A stretch of DNA of 64,000 nucleotides, taken from NCBI GenBank assembly GCA_965645245.1, contig OZ287084.1, positions 1,364,001 to 1,428,000 of the forward strand, in the 5' to 3' direction. The notes beneath the pieces are model-generated. The model ran no database searches. It saw nothing but the letters and a program-made list of their open reading frames with translations, and was not told the origin of the DNA. The stretch comes from Massalongia carnosa (lineage: Eukaryota). A program made the translations under genes and the position numbers. Position 1 is the first letter of the stretch; each line of letters opens with the position of its first letter. This document shows positions 12,290 through 24,773 of this stretch, one piece after another.

Positions 12290-12981
12290 GCTGATCAGCC
12301 TGTTGGCTGTTTTCTTTGTATCTCTTTTCTAACATACATGTAGGTGCCCTATTTCGCGTGGAAGGCTTACTTAAGTACTCGATGTGTATAATGGATTGAG
12401 TGCAATGCTCTTATTCGCTATGCTGATGTTGATGCTTCCTTTGATGGAATGCTTCATGGACTTGAAAGATATATCAACGGCCTTGTATTGTTAACTTGGG
12501 GTAGGTAGTAAAGCGGAACTTCTCGATTCGCTTTAACTCTACCAGGTTCAGATTTCGCGGCTAACGCTCTTAAACCAGCGTCTAATCTTATTTCTATCAT
12601 TTCTCCCAAGCGTCACATGTTAAGTGTCGAAGTTTGACCAAGTGAATCTGAGGGCGTGAATTTTCTTGAGGGGACGAGGAACGTATATAAGGGATAGATG
12701 TGCGATATATTGTGGTTGTTTCCGATAGGGAACTGAATTCTTGAAAAGGAAAGGAGAAAATATTGAAGGAAATCAAATGGCACGCAAATCCTTTTGGGGG
12801 GAGGATGGCGGCTGAAGCCTTTCATTTGGTTGGAAATGCCAGCAGCGATACATAGTCCAGGCTGAAGAACGCCACAAGAAAGATAGATACAATGGGGATA
12901 CAATGAAACCCCCTCCTACCTTCCCTTGTTGAACCCACTCACGCTGAAGTCAAGAATTCCTTTCCCCCATGTTCCTACAAC

Positions 12982-13958
12982 CTAAACAACGCGCTTAACC
13001 TACCGCACCAAGGTCAAAAAATCAGCAAAAAGATCTTTTATCACAAGCTTCCGCTCTCATGCAAGAAAAATCTCTACAATCATACCTCGAAAAACCGCTT
13101 CAGCCACCACACCTGAAAGATGCCTTCCCCAATTAACACGCCTAGCTGGAAAATGCTCCACCATTTAACACGACCATTGGTGCTCTCGGCCGTATTGCGG
13201 TGCGTGCGCTCGCGCATCACGATGTAGGACTGCTCATCCTTCACTTGGGAGACGAGATCGAGGAGTTGTTTCACTGTATTTAGGATGAGCGGTAGGTTTT
13301 GTTAGCATGCTGTTCTTGGAAATATCGTAGCTCCTCTTGTTCAAGCTGGAATATATGGTCCTTGTCCAACGACTTAATATCAAAAGCCATCTCCTCTTCT
13401 CTTTGAATCCTAACTGCTGCACAAGAACAGAAACTGTAAACTTACCCTCCGACTCCAACGGATCTGATGGCGCCTCCGACTCAGGTACGTAAACAATGCC
13501 GTGGACATTGAAAGACACCTCCTTGGTCGCCACGGACGAATGCTCATTGCTAAAACAATATATGTATTTCCCATCCGCATGCGCCTCGAACGAGTGATCC
13601 CCCGACGAGACCCCCCGCTCATGCACCTGGAAGCCATTTGTAGGATCCTGAATCTGTTGATTGACCCCTAAAATTAGCAGTGAAATATTGATGAGAGGCT
13701 TGGTAGGCAGGGTCGTAGTAGCTAACTCAACGGATGCCAAAAGAGATAACATACCCAGAAATCCACCTCCAGATTCCCCGCCCCGCCGAATTCCCGATCG
13801 CCCACTTGAAAGGTGACCGTCATCTTATCATCTTTGTGTAGCTGCTCGTGAAAACACTCCCGCGCGTGCGGGCCCATTTGGATATTGTGCGCCTGGACCA
13901 GCAGCGCGCTGGGCAAGAACGCTGCGAAAGCGAGAGCAAGGGAGATGGAGGTGTGCAT
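12982..13958 (-). CDS. EMP24: p24/Emp24 (GOLD domain) ER-Golgi cargo receptor (exons 13958-13755, 13653-13446, 13273-13086, 12999-12982)
   Basis: Signal peptide, RECFHEQL, DGKYIYCFSN, KDEQSYIVMRERTHRNTAESTN.RVKWWS, C-terminus LKRFFEVKRVV*; the splice phases are consistent. Confidence 0.95.
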
Positions 13959-14609
13959 TATGGTTGAGACGGGATTTTAAGAGGGATGGGCGAGAGGGTG
14001 TAATACGATGATAGTAGGGTTGCTCAAGCCCTGGGAGAGAATGAAGGTTAGGTTGAAAGGACGTAGGAAAATGGACGTGCGATGGGGAATCTGATGATGG
14101 GAATTCGGAATTAAAGATTTTAGATTGCGACAAAGTATAGTTCGGTGAGGACACTGCTATTCTGTACGGTGTGCTGCAAGAGCAGGAGCATGCAAAACTC
14201 TTGAGTAAGCGTGGTAAGATCAGCCAAAAGGGGTTCAGATATAGGAATATGGAATATCTTCAATTTGTAGAAATCGCTGTTCACTTCTGACCTCAGCGAA
14301 AGCACGCATGAAAAATTTAGAGGTGAACGAGTGAATTGAATCTAATCCATAATCTGTCGCAGCGGGTTATGTGATACTGGCAATGTCCCGCTTCGACTCA
14401 CCATGCAAGAAAGAAGCTATTCAAACCTCAACACCTACTATGCAACCCCCAGATGTAGAATCCGACACTAATCAGCGGGGTCCGCAACACATAGTCGCCG
14501 TTGCCCAACGCTTTTATTTCAACATTCACAATCGTGATCTTGTTGTTTTCATTCGCACCTTACGTTGTATTGACGGAATCAAACATCATTGACGCAGGAA
14601 ATCGTAATC

Positions 14610-15660
14610 ATGCCTATTCAATACGAAAAAGACGGCAAACTGAAGGAGATCAGCTTCACGCGTCTGTTCTTCGGTGTCGATCCTGTCCCCCAGCTAAGAA
14701 AAACCATGAAGGTAACCATCATCATCAGACCACTTCTGTGTGTCTGGAGGATCTGCCCTCGCAACAAGACCACTTGCTCCCCTTCTTTAAATGCCAATGA
14801 GAGCTCCGAGTTCCTGTCTGACGTACTGGTGTTGAAGAAGGCTGCCACAGTTACGCCTCCACTACCTCCGCCGCCTCCCCCTCCTCCACCGCCACCGCTT
14901 CTAATGCTAGAACCTGTCGCCGATGCCGAGCCCACTATAGTCGCAGATTCAACTCCCATTGAGGAAGTCAAAGATACTGAGAAAGTTCCTGGCTGGACCG
15001 AAGTGCAAGATGCGCTCCTGATTGGCCTCAAGGCTCAAAACAAAACTTGGAAGGAGATCGGTGCTCTCATCGAAGGCAAAGATACCGAGGATCTAAGGGA
15101 CAGATATAAAGAGCTCATTCCTAAGGCGGAGGAAAAGATTGAGGAAAAGAGTGCCGACAATAGTGAGGAGATCGCTCCTGTGGAGAGCGGGGGGGAAGAA
15201 GAGAAACAGGAAAAGGGGAAGAAGGGCAAGAACAAGAAAGAAGGAAAGCGTGAGGAGGCTGGAGAGAAACAAGGGAAGAACAAGGAGGGAAAGCAGAAAC
15301 AGGGAAAGGAAAAGCAAGTGAAAGGGAACCTAGACAGCGACTTGGACGCCGCAGGCATCTTGAAGAATGACGAAGATGGTTCAGAGGCCCAAGAACACAA
15401 GAAGGGACGGCGATCTCATAAAGGGCATTCAGTCATTCAGCTAGATGAGGACGAACGATTTTCGGTTGAAGAGGTGAGTACATAAAGCCTAATGTACTCG
15501 GAAAACTACGCTGACCCCTCTATGGCAGCTCATGTACCTCTGTCGTATCAAGATGGACCTTGAGACCAAGAACTGGATCGAGCTGGCTTCTAGATTCTTT
15601 GACAAGACAGGAAAGCGGGTGTCTCCGGAGGAACTTCAAGCCAAATTAAAGTACTGCTAG
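14610..15660 (+). CDS. Hypothetical protein with Myb/SANT-like segments, a poly-Pro tract and a Lys/Glu-rich linker (intron 15474-15528; 5' end uncertain)
   Basis: WTEVQDALLIGLKAQNKTWKEIG...LRDRYKEL; the last exon encodes KNWIELASRFFDKTGKRVSPEELQAKL. Confidence 0.7.
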
Positions 15661-18600
15661 GCTGAGTAGGGGCTAGTATGGTGAAGATTTGCTCTAAGTC
15701 GGGTTTAGGCGTGAAATTGCTGCATCATGTCCAAATAGATGCGATACCAGCGATGGGTTACCTGTTGATAGCTGATTCAGGAAATCATTCAAGGTCGCGA
15801 ACCCCGAATCATAGTTGCACGGACTTTCTTTGCTTGTCCATTACCTGATATCTGATACCAACGTGGCAAGGCGCCTAAGATGTTCTTAATTAACTGCATT
15901 AACAAGTACCTCTCCGGTTCACTAAGGGCCAAGCAAGCTACAATGATCCGCTTGCGAACATAACCACTCACCATAGCCTGGCACAGGACGGGAGCCATCA
16001 CCAATAATACCAAGTTCCAGACAAAAAGGTCCAGCGTTGCGATATTTATTGGAACATCCTTAATCTGAGATCTAAGCGTACTAACGAGGGGATGCAATGT
16101 TATCACTTTTGGATTCTCAAAGGCCGAAAATATAAACTAACCTGTGCCCCTAGTTCAATAGCTTCTCTCTTCTGACGAGCAAAGATCGAAGCCCAAGGTG
16201 AACCAGCAATTGGTTTATGCGGTCGTTAACGAAAAGATCCCCCGAGCCATAGCTTCCAACCCGGCCTTGTTGGTTGATGAGCTTCAAGAAAGCCTGTACT
16301 ATGCAATGACCCAGCCAAAACGTCCAGTGCGCCTTGTGCAAATACAATTGCATTAACAATATTCAAGGACTTAATGGTAGGTAGGACGTTCAATGTAGAA
16401 TATTTGGTATGTGCACGAGTTTACCATGCACCTCCCGAGTTGCTAGTTGATCATGTGGTCAAGGAAGGGCGTAATGAACTTTTCGTCGGCCCTCTGGATT
16501 TCTTTGGTTACCTACATTATCTTGAGGTTGGAAGCCGGTCCTGAGAACCATCAGCTATCAACTTTGAATACTTCCGACAAGCAAATTCAATATCTTATCT
16601 GATAAGTGTACATGGATAAGTCTAACGAAGAATCGCTGCTATTGCATCTCATTCAAATAAAACAAAAGGCTTCCATGGAAATGACGCCGGGCGCAAAGGA
16701 GGAACAGATTAGGCATGCTCTCTCAATCTCCCTTTGGTCACGACGATACAATGAAGATTGCTTTTGATCCAAACTTGAATTTGTACGGCCCACGCAGCTT
16801 GTTAGCTAAAAAATAGACCCGGTCGAGAGAGACATATCCCTCTCTCGTAGGCGATTCAGTCTTCTAGGTAAATAAATCTAATCCACTCCCATACTCACGC
16901 CAGAGTCAAACAAGGAACTCTTCCAAGTATGGCTTGTAAACTCTACTGCTCTTATCGCATTTATCACGAGAATGGTGATGTTCCCCATGAGATGTAGAAG
17001 ACTTTTCAGCGCCCCTAAGTGGCTAAAGGGTAGCATTTACTCTTTGAATAAAAGATCCAATGGAAAGCAGAGCACACAGGCTCTGTCTATTGAACACCGC
17101 TGATAAAAAGGGCCAAGCTCTATTTTAGCACGTCTGTTCACGTCCATGTCTAGATGCTGGTTCATAATCTTTTGGACACGGCTGGTCGTACTCGCGATAG
17201 CATCATTGGGTGAGACGGTGTAGAGGGCCAAAAAGATAGCTTTCACCGCCATTTACTATTGGGCGCAAAGTAAAAGCCTGTCGTGCCGGATTGCATTCCA
17301 AAATAGGTTGAAGGCTAAGGAATATTAAACATACTGTTAATTGCTACCTGGATCAGAATAGTATCGTGATGGCTGGAGATGCGTTGTCAACATGATAGCA
17401 AGTTGATTTCTGATTTGAGAAGTTGGAATAGCTTAGGTTGAGAGAACGATTGATATTTCATAATTACTACAGTATTACTCCGTGACACTAGCTTCAAAGT
17501 TGTTCCTGTGCCGCGCTTCCTCTTCCTGTTTTACCCTGGCTCTTCGGTTAACTACTTCGGTTATTCCCTTCTGTTCCTGGATAAACCTCAAGCCGGGAAG
17601 ATGTCTCAAACCGCCACTCAGCCCTGGATTTCCCGGCTCTTCGCCTCGATTGCTGCCCTACGTTCTTGAGATTGACTGTAGGGCAATTTGTACGGGGTAT
17701 GGAATCATAGATTAGATACCGACTAGAGAGTAGAGAATACAGAGTACCTGCCTACCTCACCTCTGATCTCTAGGTACTGTACTCCGTAGCCGAAAGAGAG
17801 CCATTTCACTGAAAACCCACATGCCTAAGCCCATTGCCCCGCTTCTGCCCTATTGCGACCACACGCCTGAATGCTTCTGCTTGGGACTTGGCAGTATTCT
17901 TCACTCTCATATCTCGCATTCTTTACCCGAAGAACCAACGCCACAGTCCTCAAAATGGATAGTATGTCGCCAGTCGCTAGCTGCCTCTCTTCTCCCGTGC
18001 AAGTAAAATTGTCACCCTGAAGCTACGGGCCTTCTGGCAAGCCACCCGAACATTCATCCCCCATCGACGGCAGACACTCAAACTGTGTCGGTTTTGTTCT
18101 CACCTCGCAGGCCCGCCCTCTCCGACAAGACTGGAAGGCTGGAACTTATCTTCGCTTAAAATGCCACACATGCCGGGATCTGAATCGAAGGAAATGAAGC
18201 CCGAAGCGTTCGAAAAGGATGGAAGGGGGCTTCTCCGGCTGACACGTAGCCAGCATGCAAGCTTCATGCAGGACAAGGCAGGACCAGGGAGGACCAGCTC
18301 AATGAGCTCAACGAACAATCACCCACGTAAGAAGACGATGGAAAGTCATTGTGAGTCTGTTAATCAGCTTATGTATTATCTCTGCACACGCACGGAGCCG
18401 TTTACACGCTGCGATTGCATCATCTCGCAAACGTTGCGCTCCGCTGCATCTCTCCAGTCTCGTGCTTCTCCCCACGATTAAAAATCTGCGACGTTACTCT
18501 CAACGCAAACTCAGTTCGGTCAAGGAGCCAACCCGATTGCATCTTCGCCTCAATTTTTCCATTGGCGCACCCTTTCCGTGTAAAACACCGACGAATTGGG

Positions 18601-19575
18601 GTTTAGCCTGCGGCTCTCCAAGTCCCCTGCCGATCTGCGACCAGGAAGCCCAAGAAATTTCCCAATGCGCATGGACCATTGGGCTCTCTCACCGCAGCTT
18701 CAAAATCAAAGCACCTTCCATCTTTGCACGTCAACTGCTGAGAGTTAACTTGGTATCTCGTGGTCTCTTTGCGGGAATTTGTATTTACAGAACAGAGTAC
18801 CCTTTGTGAGCTAATCTGAGAAGCGGCTATATTTTGTGGGTGGATCCTTGACGTGAGCATAGCCCAAAGCCGAGCCATTGAAGCTGCTAATCATCTTCTA
18901 GCGGAAAAACTTATGATGCGACGTTGACGTAGTAATGATCTCGTTGTGTCGCCTGTACAAAATCATCGCATCGGACATATTACCTTCAGCGAACATCAAG
19001 TCCGTCCTACATACCAATCGGAGAATCCACCTCTAGTCGTCAATCCTACTGGGGCCCTTACACCAATCATCCATAATATAACCAAGGCAAATGATGCATC
19101 ATCTTTGATCCTTGATAGAAACCAAGCTTTGTGACAGGCAAAAATTGAAACGCTGGCGTTACCACGGCCGCTTGGGAAACTCTACAGAAAGCTATAAAAC
19201 TATGAATACTTTGGCTTGGACACATAACATCATCAACCGAAAGAACCACGACAGGAGGGTTCGGCGTAAGAAAGAAACTTGGCATACTTATCTCTTCATG
19301 AGTAGGGCGCGTAGTAATCGGTGAGTCCATACAGCAGCTTATGTTCCGTGTTTCAGATACCCGTCGGTGTCTGAAATGTATTTTGGTCTGCCTCAAGCAT
19401 GTCTCGCCAACACTAGCTTATTTAAGGAGCAATCGAGAGTATCTTGCACATTCAAGTTAACATATCAGCTTCTGAGACATCTCTCAATACTCCTTCATAG
19501 CTGTTTGTTCAAGAAGTCAACGCTAATTCAATGCCACCTTTTCAGTTCCTCGATAGCTTGTGTTTCTCTACTTTG

Positions 19576-20523
19576 ATGGCCTCTTCGGAGGTAGATCAGA
19601 AGTTCCTTGGGCGATTCGCGAAATCCACAAGCGATGCAAACCCTTTCCTCTCCGCGATGCTCTACAAAGTTCTTGGTCTTTCAGTCATACTCTCCAAAAA
19701 GCTTGTCCGTGCCCGGCGCCTACGAAAACTAGATACCACCAGAGACACCAAATCATTGCAGCTCTATCATCATATTATCTGGCTGTCGAGGGAAGGCTTG
19801 GTTATTATTGAACAATACATCCTCCCCATGGTCCCCGACTATGTTGAACTCAAAGTCCTCTCCTTCAAATTGCGCGCCAGCTTCTATCACATCTTTGTCC
19901 TCTTCCACAACCAGCCGAGTATCAACCAAACTGCGATCCCCAGCTTTACACCTAACTCAAACAAAGGCAAAGCGCCAGACCGGGGCTCAATCCGACATTC
20001 ACCAAATCCCCTGGAAGGCGGTCCCATACGAAATCCCGGCTCGCTACCTCCTGGGCTGGCACCGGTATCAATTCCTAAACCCTCGGCGAGTTTTCTTCTC
20101 CCTGCGATCAATTACATCCCCACCGCATCATCCTGTTTCAGCATCGCCGCAGCCCTCTCTGACGACCTACTGTCTGGCTCTCACCCAATCCGGCTTTCTG
20201 TAAAAACAGAGTACGCCGCCTACCTTTACGATTGTCTTCACGATGGTGAAGGGTCACGAAAACTAGCTCAGCAGACTATCAAGGATGTTTACAATGCGCA
20301 AGAGGGCATGGATGATGACATGTTTGAGGATGCAGCGGAACTGGTGGGCACACTGGGAAAGATGATGAAGAGGGGTCTGGCTTCGAGTGGTACATCGGGT
20401 AGTACGCCGCGGGTGGGTAGCTCGGGTACTCCAAGCACCCCGAGAGCGCGGACCAATCCAAAAGACGATCCGGACACGATCCCTCCAACCGTCCCCAGCC
20501 CGGGTATGCAGAACCCGATCTAA
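19576..20523 (+). CDS. Divergent fungal 14-3-3-domain-like protein
   Basis: Intronless ORF from MASSEVDQK; helical segments IIEQYILP, KLRASFYHI and L.GSHPIRLS align by eye to 14-3-3 helices (canonical L.PTHPIRLGLALN). Confidence 0.8.
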   Translation: MASSEVDQKFLGRFAKSTSDANPFLSAMLYKVLGLSVILSKKLVRARRLRKLDTTRDTKSLQLYHHIIWLSREGLVIIEQYILPMVPDYVELKVLSFKLRASFYHIFVLFHNQPSINQTAIPSFTPNSNKGKAPDRGSIRHSPNPLEGGPIRNPGSLPPGLAPVSIPKPSASFLLPAINYIPTASSCFSIAAALSDDLLSGSHPIRLSVKTEYAAYLYDCLHDGEGSRKLAQQTIKDVYNAQEGMDDDMFEDAAELVGTLGKMMKRGLASSGTSGSTPRVGSSGTPSTPRARTNPKDDPDTIPPTVPSPGMQNPI

Positions 20524-23500
20524 ACATCTGTATTCCATAGGGCGCCATTCAAAAAGCGTCAAATCCCATGATGTATGTTCAAGCGACGGAGTTTTAAAAA
20601 AGACTGGAACAGGCAGTCTGTACCCCCAGAAGGTGGGCAGGTTGGGCGACTCACGACCAACAGGTTCATGCTGTAAGGCGAGCCCAGCCTGAGCCATTAG
20701 AATGTACATTACAGTGTTTTCTTTGGTACAATAGCAAGAGCGAAAAGTGTGAGCGCTTTCCAGCGAGCAATAATAGAGAACTCTGATACCCCTGAGATAA
20801 CAATCGTGTTTTACAGCCCCATTGAACGTGCTCGATAGTAATGGTCCAAACCCTAAAGTCGAAACTCGTCGTTTGACCTTGTGATTCTTCATAGTGTACT
20901 CCGCTATCAAACAGTGATTGATAAACACCAAAAGCAAAAGGCTACGAAGGCAATCAAGAATCCTATAACCAAGCGACTCCTGCTGCGCCAACGCCCCCCT
21001 ATGACAGGAACAGCTCTTTCGATTCTTCGAAATGTAACACCTACTACACGACTGACCAAGTTGATTAAATTATCTCATAGAAGTGACAAAACCTACTGTG
21101 ACGTGAAAGTATCAAACACAGCGTACCGCACAGTACCGATAGGTAGTGAACTGCTGCCGGCCCATCCATAGCCCTGCAGAGTAGCACAGGAGGTGATGGT
21201 AAGTGGTCTGTAGGAATTGGAGCTTGTTCAGTTGAAATATTGTATCCCTATATGCCCCTCCCTATTTGCGTCATCCACAGTCTGGGAGTCCCTTTTTCGT
21301 TAAAGTTCTAGCAATTCTGCCAGCCATGACTTACAGACTGCTCTGAACACCTTTGTATCTGGAGTCCTGACCGGGGGGGGGGGGGGGGGGGGGGGGTGGT
21401 TGGAAGTATATAGCTGGTCTGACGCTTTGCCTAAACACCTGAGTAGTCATCTACCTACGTTGTCTTCCATTACTTTTCTTTCGGCCACTTGTCTCACTTG
21501 TTCCGCCTCTTCTTATCTCCCCAGCTGGCTTCTGCTTTGTCGTGGGTGCTTCCGCGCTTAGGTAGAGAGATGGGAAGGGTTGTAGAAGAGAAGGTAGAGA
21601 GGCAACTTGGAGTTAGGATTTAGGGTTTATACATATGAGTAGGTTACTGGTAGTCATGTAGTAGAGGGCCCGTGACGCGACGGATATATGAATAGATCAA
21701 TATAATTCATTCGGTTGCCGCGGCAAACCTTGCCGATATCTAGCAAGGCGAAAGCATTCATTCGATACGCATCTTCTCATCTTCGTAGACAGCATGACGG
21801 AGAGTAAAGGTTTTACCACCAGTTCATGGTATTTTCTACCGTTTTACTAGCATTGAGGTTGTTCGAGATTTTTAGATCGCCATTTTCCGGGGGCACTGGA
21901 AGGACTAGTATCCAGACGAAAAGCATCCATTTAAGAATCGGTAGGACCAGATGGGGGTTGTCATGGTTGTCCAAGCGCTGGGAAACGGATTCGGATATGC
22001 AGTCCTGACATCCTCGGGTAGGACCTCATCTTTGGTGTCAAGCAATGTCATAGGTATCCTGTTCACGCGATCTCATTGATCCTGAGCGTATGGAAGAGGT
22101 CCGGGAGGGAGAGAGGTCCGCTATGCCCCTTAAGGTGGTATGGATTTGGTTTTTTGGACCTCGCCGTTGTGAGGCTGACAATATGCACTGTTTGGAAAAC
22201 CCTATTTCAAAACCAGTAGAGTATTTCAACATGGTTCTCGTGTTAAAATACTTTACTTCTATCGTTTCCATCGGTGAGACACATCTTGTCTTTGAAATAT
22301 CTAAACTGCAGTTTGCCGGTTGGGTTGTCAAAAAACTCACTCGAGATGCTGTCACACGCCGGTCCTGTTTCCGCTTATGACTGCAAAGCGGAAATCATCT
22401 GCTTGACAAAAGGCCTTTTCGTTGATCGTGATACAGCCTGTAGAACAATACTAAATAATAAGTTAGATCTGAGAGCGTTCAGGATCCTCATCATTTTCAG
22501 CAATGGTTCTGGTTTATGTTAGTCTGGCACCGATGAGCCATACGATGTCAGTCGCTTCCAACTCACCCCCTGGAGGAGCTTGCGGGTTGGGAGATATATA
22601 GTCGTCAGGTGTGGCTTGCAAGCCGAACCTAATGAGTCCTCCCACACTATGTTGCATAACACAGCCTCACAAAACTCTGAACGCCATGTTTCGAATCTGA
22701 TCATGCGCGACATGGATAAGCAAAGGCCTCATACTTCGGAGAGCTCCAGGGGGGGTGCCAACCGTGACTTGACAGGGCAGACTGTTCCCGGTTAATGAGT
22801 TTATCAAAGTAAACCATTGCTCAGGAAGAGTTTTCTGTTGGTTTTGAGTAAATATAAGAGCATTAATCACCTCATTTGGAGTACTCCAATGGTAGAACGA
22901 AGCTTTCCGGGGGCTTGTATAGTCATGGATATCCACCTTTCCAGTACAGGGTATTCGGATTGGATCCTCTAGTTATTGAGTTCCATGTCATAATGCGGGC
23001 ATGCTTTCTGAGTTCACTTCCCCACACTTGTGGGCGCACGCTGCTATATCTGGTGGTACAGGCCATAGTTGTCCAAATACCGCTCGAAACGCAATGAAGA
23101 TGAAGAACAATGGTTTGGAGGCAGAAAATATGAGCGCGGTAGTCATTTTTATCAGGTAGTTAAGCCTTGGTGTTATCACTATGAGGCTCCAGATTTGAGA
23201 TACATTGATATATACGGAGAAAAGAGGTAAATGGTCGAATGTTACTCTGCATCTCAGTAATGACAACCACTTTCAACCATCCATGTTATGCGGAACGATG
23301 AAATAGCATTCAAATCTACATTCCCTAGACAAAGGCAGCCGGGTAGGTATCTTTTTGCTGCAAAATATAGGTAAGCGAGCCGACCGAGCGAAAGTGCATG
23401 GCACGAATAATAGATTTCTATCCAACCATTGTCATCAATCCCTGTCGTTAGAATTATATGTACTTCGTATACTCCGTACATACATCTAAGACATACACAT

Positions 23501-24773
23501 AGATATGCATACTATCGCTCATCTACCTATATTCATTCGTACATAGTAACTCTACCTACCACCTATCACTTAACCCTCATCTAACTATTCTAGATCAGCA
23601 ATCAGGCGTACAAGGGCTGGCTGATTCGTCTCCTGATCGCGCGATCACCACATCCATCCACTTCCTCTCTAACTCCGCCATCGACCGCACAACGCTCCAA
23701 GAGCAAACTAGACTCTAGTGACGTTTACTCTCGGATGGTAACTTAACCGAAGCGAACTGTTCGTTAACTTACGGCCAGTTTGAATCGCGCCTTTTTGGCT
23801 GTACTTCGTAGGACGAAAGAAAAAGTCGTGGCTTACTCCGTTCAGCGCTGATAGATCGAGGGGTCAGGACCTGATTGGGCAGTCTTCGTTTAAAAGCACC
23901 AGGGCGCTTTCCTTGTCTCAGCCCAAATCCTCCTTTTCTCACGCTATATCCCATCTCCAAAGGATGAGACTGAATGACCTTCAGGTTGTGAAGTACGGAG
24001 TAGATACCCTAAAGAATAGTATTTTAGATTCGCGCGTGACGAGACCATGCATGTGGAAGACGAACCGAAATAGCAGTACAGCGTAGGTATTTCTTGCATG
24101 TGATGACTGTCGCTTTCTGCTCATGCTTGCATCAAATACGCAAGCAGCGACGAAATGAAGCACACACCACTGGGCCAAAGAGCTGAGCTGAACATGTCAG
24201 TCGACACACGTGGTAGCATACACGCGATTACATTGGTCGGTCACTCGGGGAAATTCCAAGAGAAAGGGGGGTATGGTGATCCCTCTGTTCGGTGGAAATG
24301 GTTGCGTTGCGTCCTCGAAATCCCACTGCGTCAGCCCACAAAAGCGGTCGCGTGTTCCCCAGCAGGCCCAGCAGGGGGGATCAGGAGCTGATGATACGAT
24401 CTCCTCTCTGGATATCTCCTCTCTGGAGTATATCATCGAACACTCTTTCATAATTACCCTCTTTCACCCGCTCTCCTATTTTTGCGTCATCCTGCCCTCC
24501 AGAAAACGAGAGAACTGCTTCCAGTCGAAGGGAAGGCCGTGGCCATCAAAAGAGGCGTTTTTGTCCCACCTATCACAAGCCGTCCCGCCGTCGGGATCCT
24601 CTAGGATTGAAGTCCCCGATTTTCCCACCGCATATGCATTAGGTTGTACCTTGCCGATCACATTGGGGAAAATAATACAAGAAGCAAGGTCGGAATGAGA
24701 CATATCTTGGTGCAGTACTCGTTGTCATAATTCGTGGATAGCTTGGTTGAGATTGTAGAAGTACCCGCTCAAG

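Noticed and set aside
15700..17450. Scattered minus-strand ORF fragments suggesting a decayed gene; ATCTGATAA (SreA-like) at 16597-16605
   Set aside because: I could not assemble a frame or name a family, and the GATA site is not near an iron-uptake gene start.
21373..21396. Long poly-G run (also near 8536 and 8624)
   Set aside because: Simple homopolymers, prone to sequencing length error; no supporting structure.
21800..24700. Several 60-160 aa ORFs upstream of PPN1
   Set aside because: No coherent exon chain or domain motif; the composition looks non-coding or heavily decayed.
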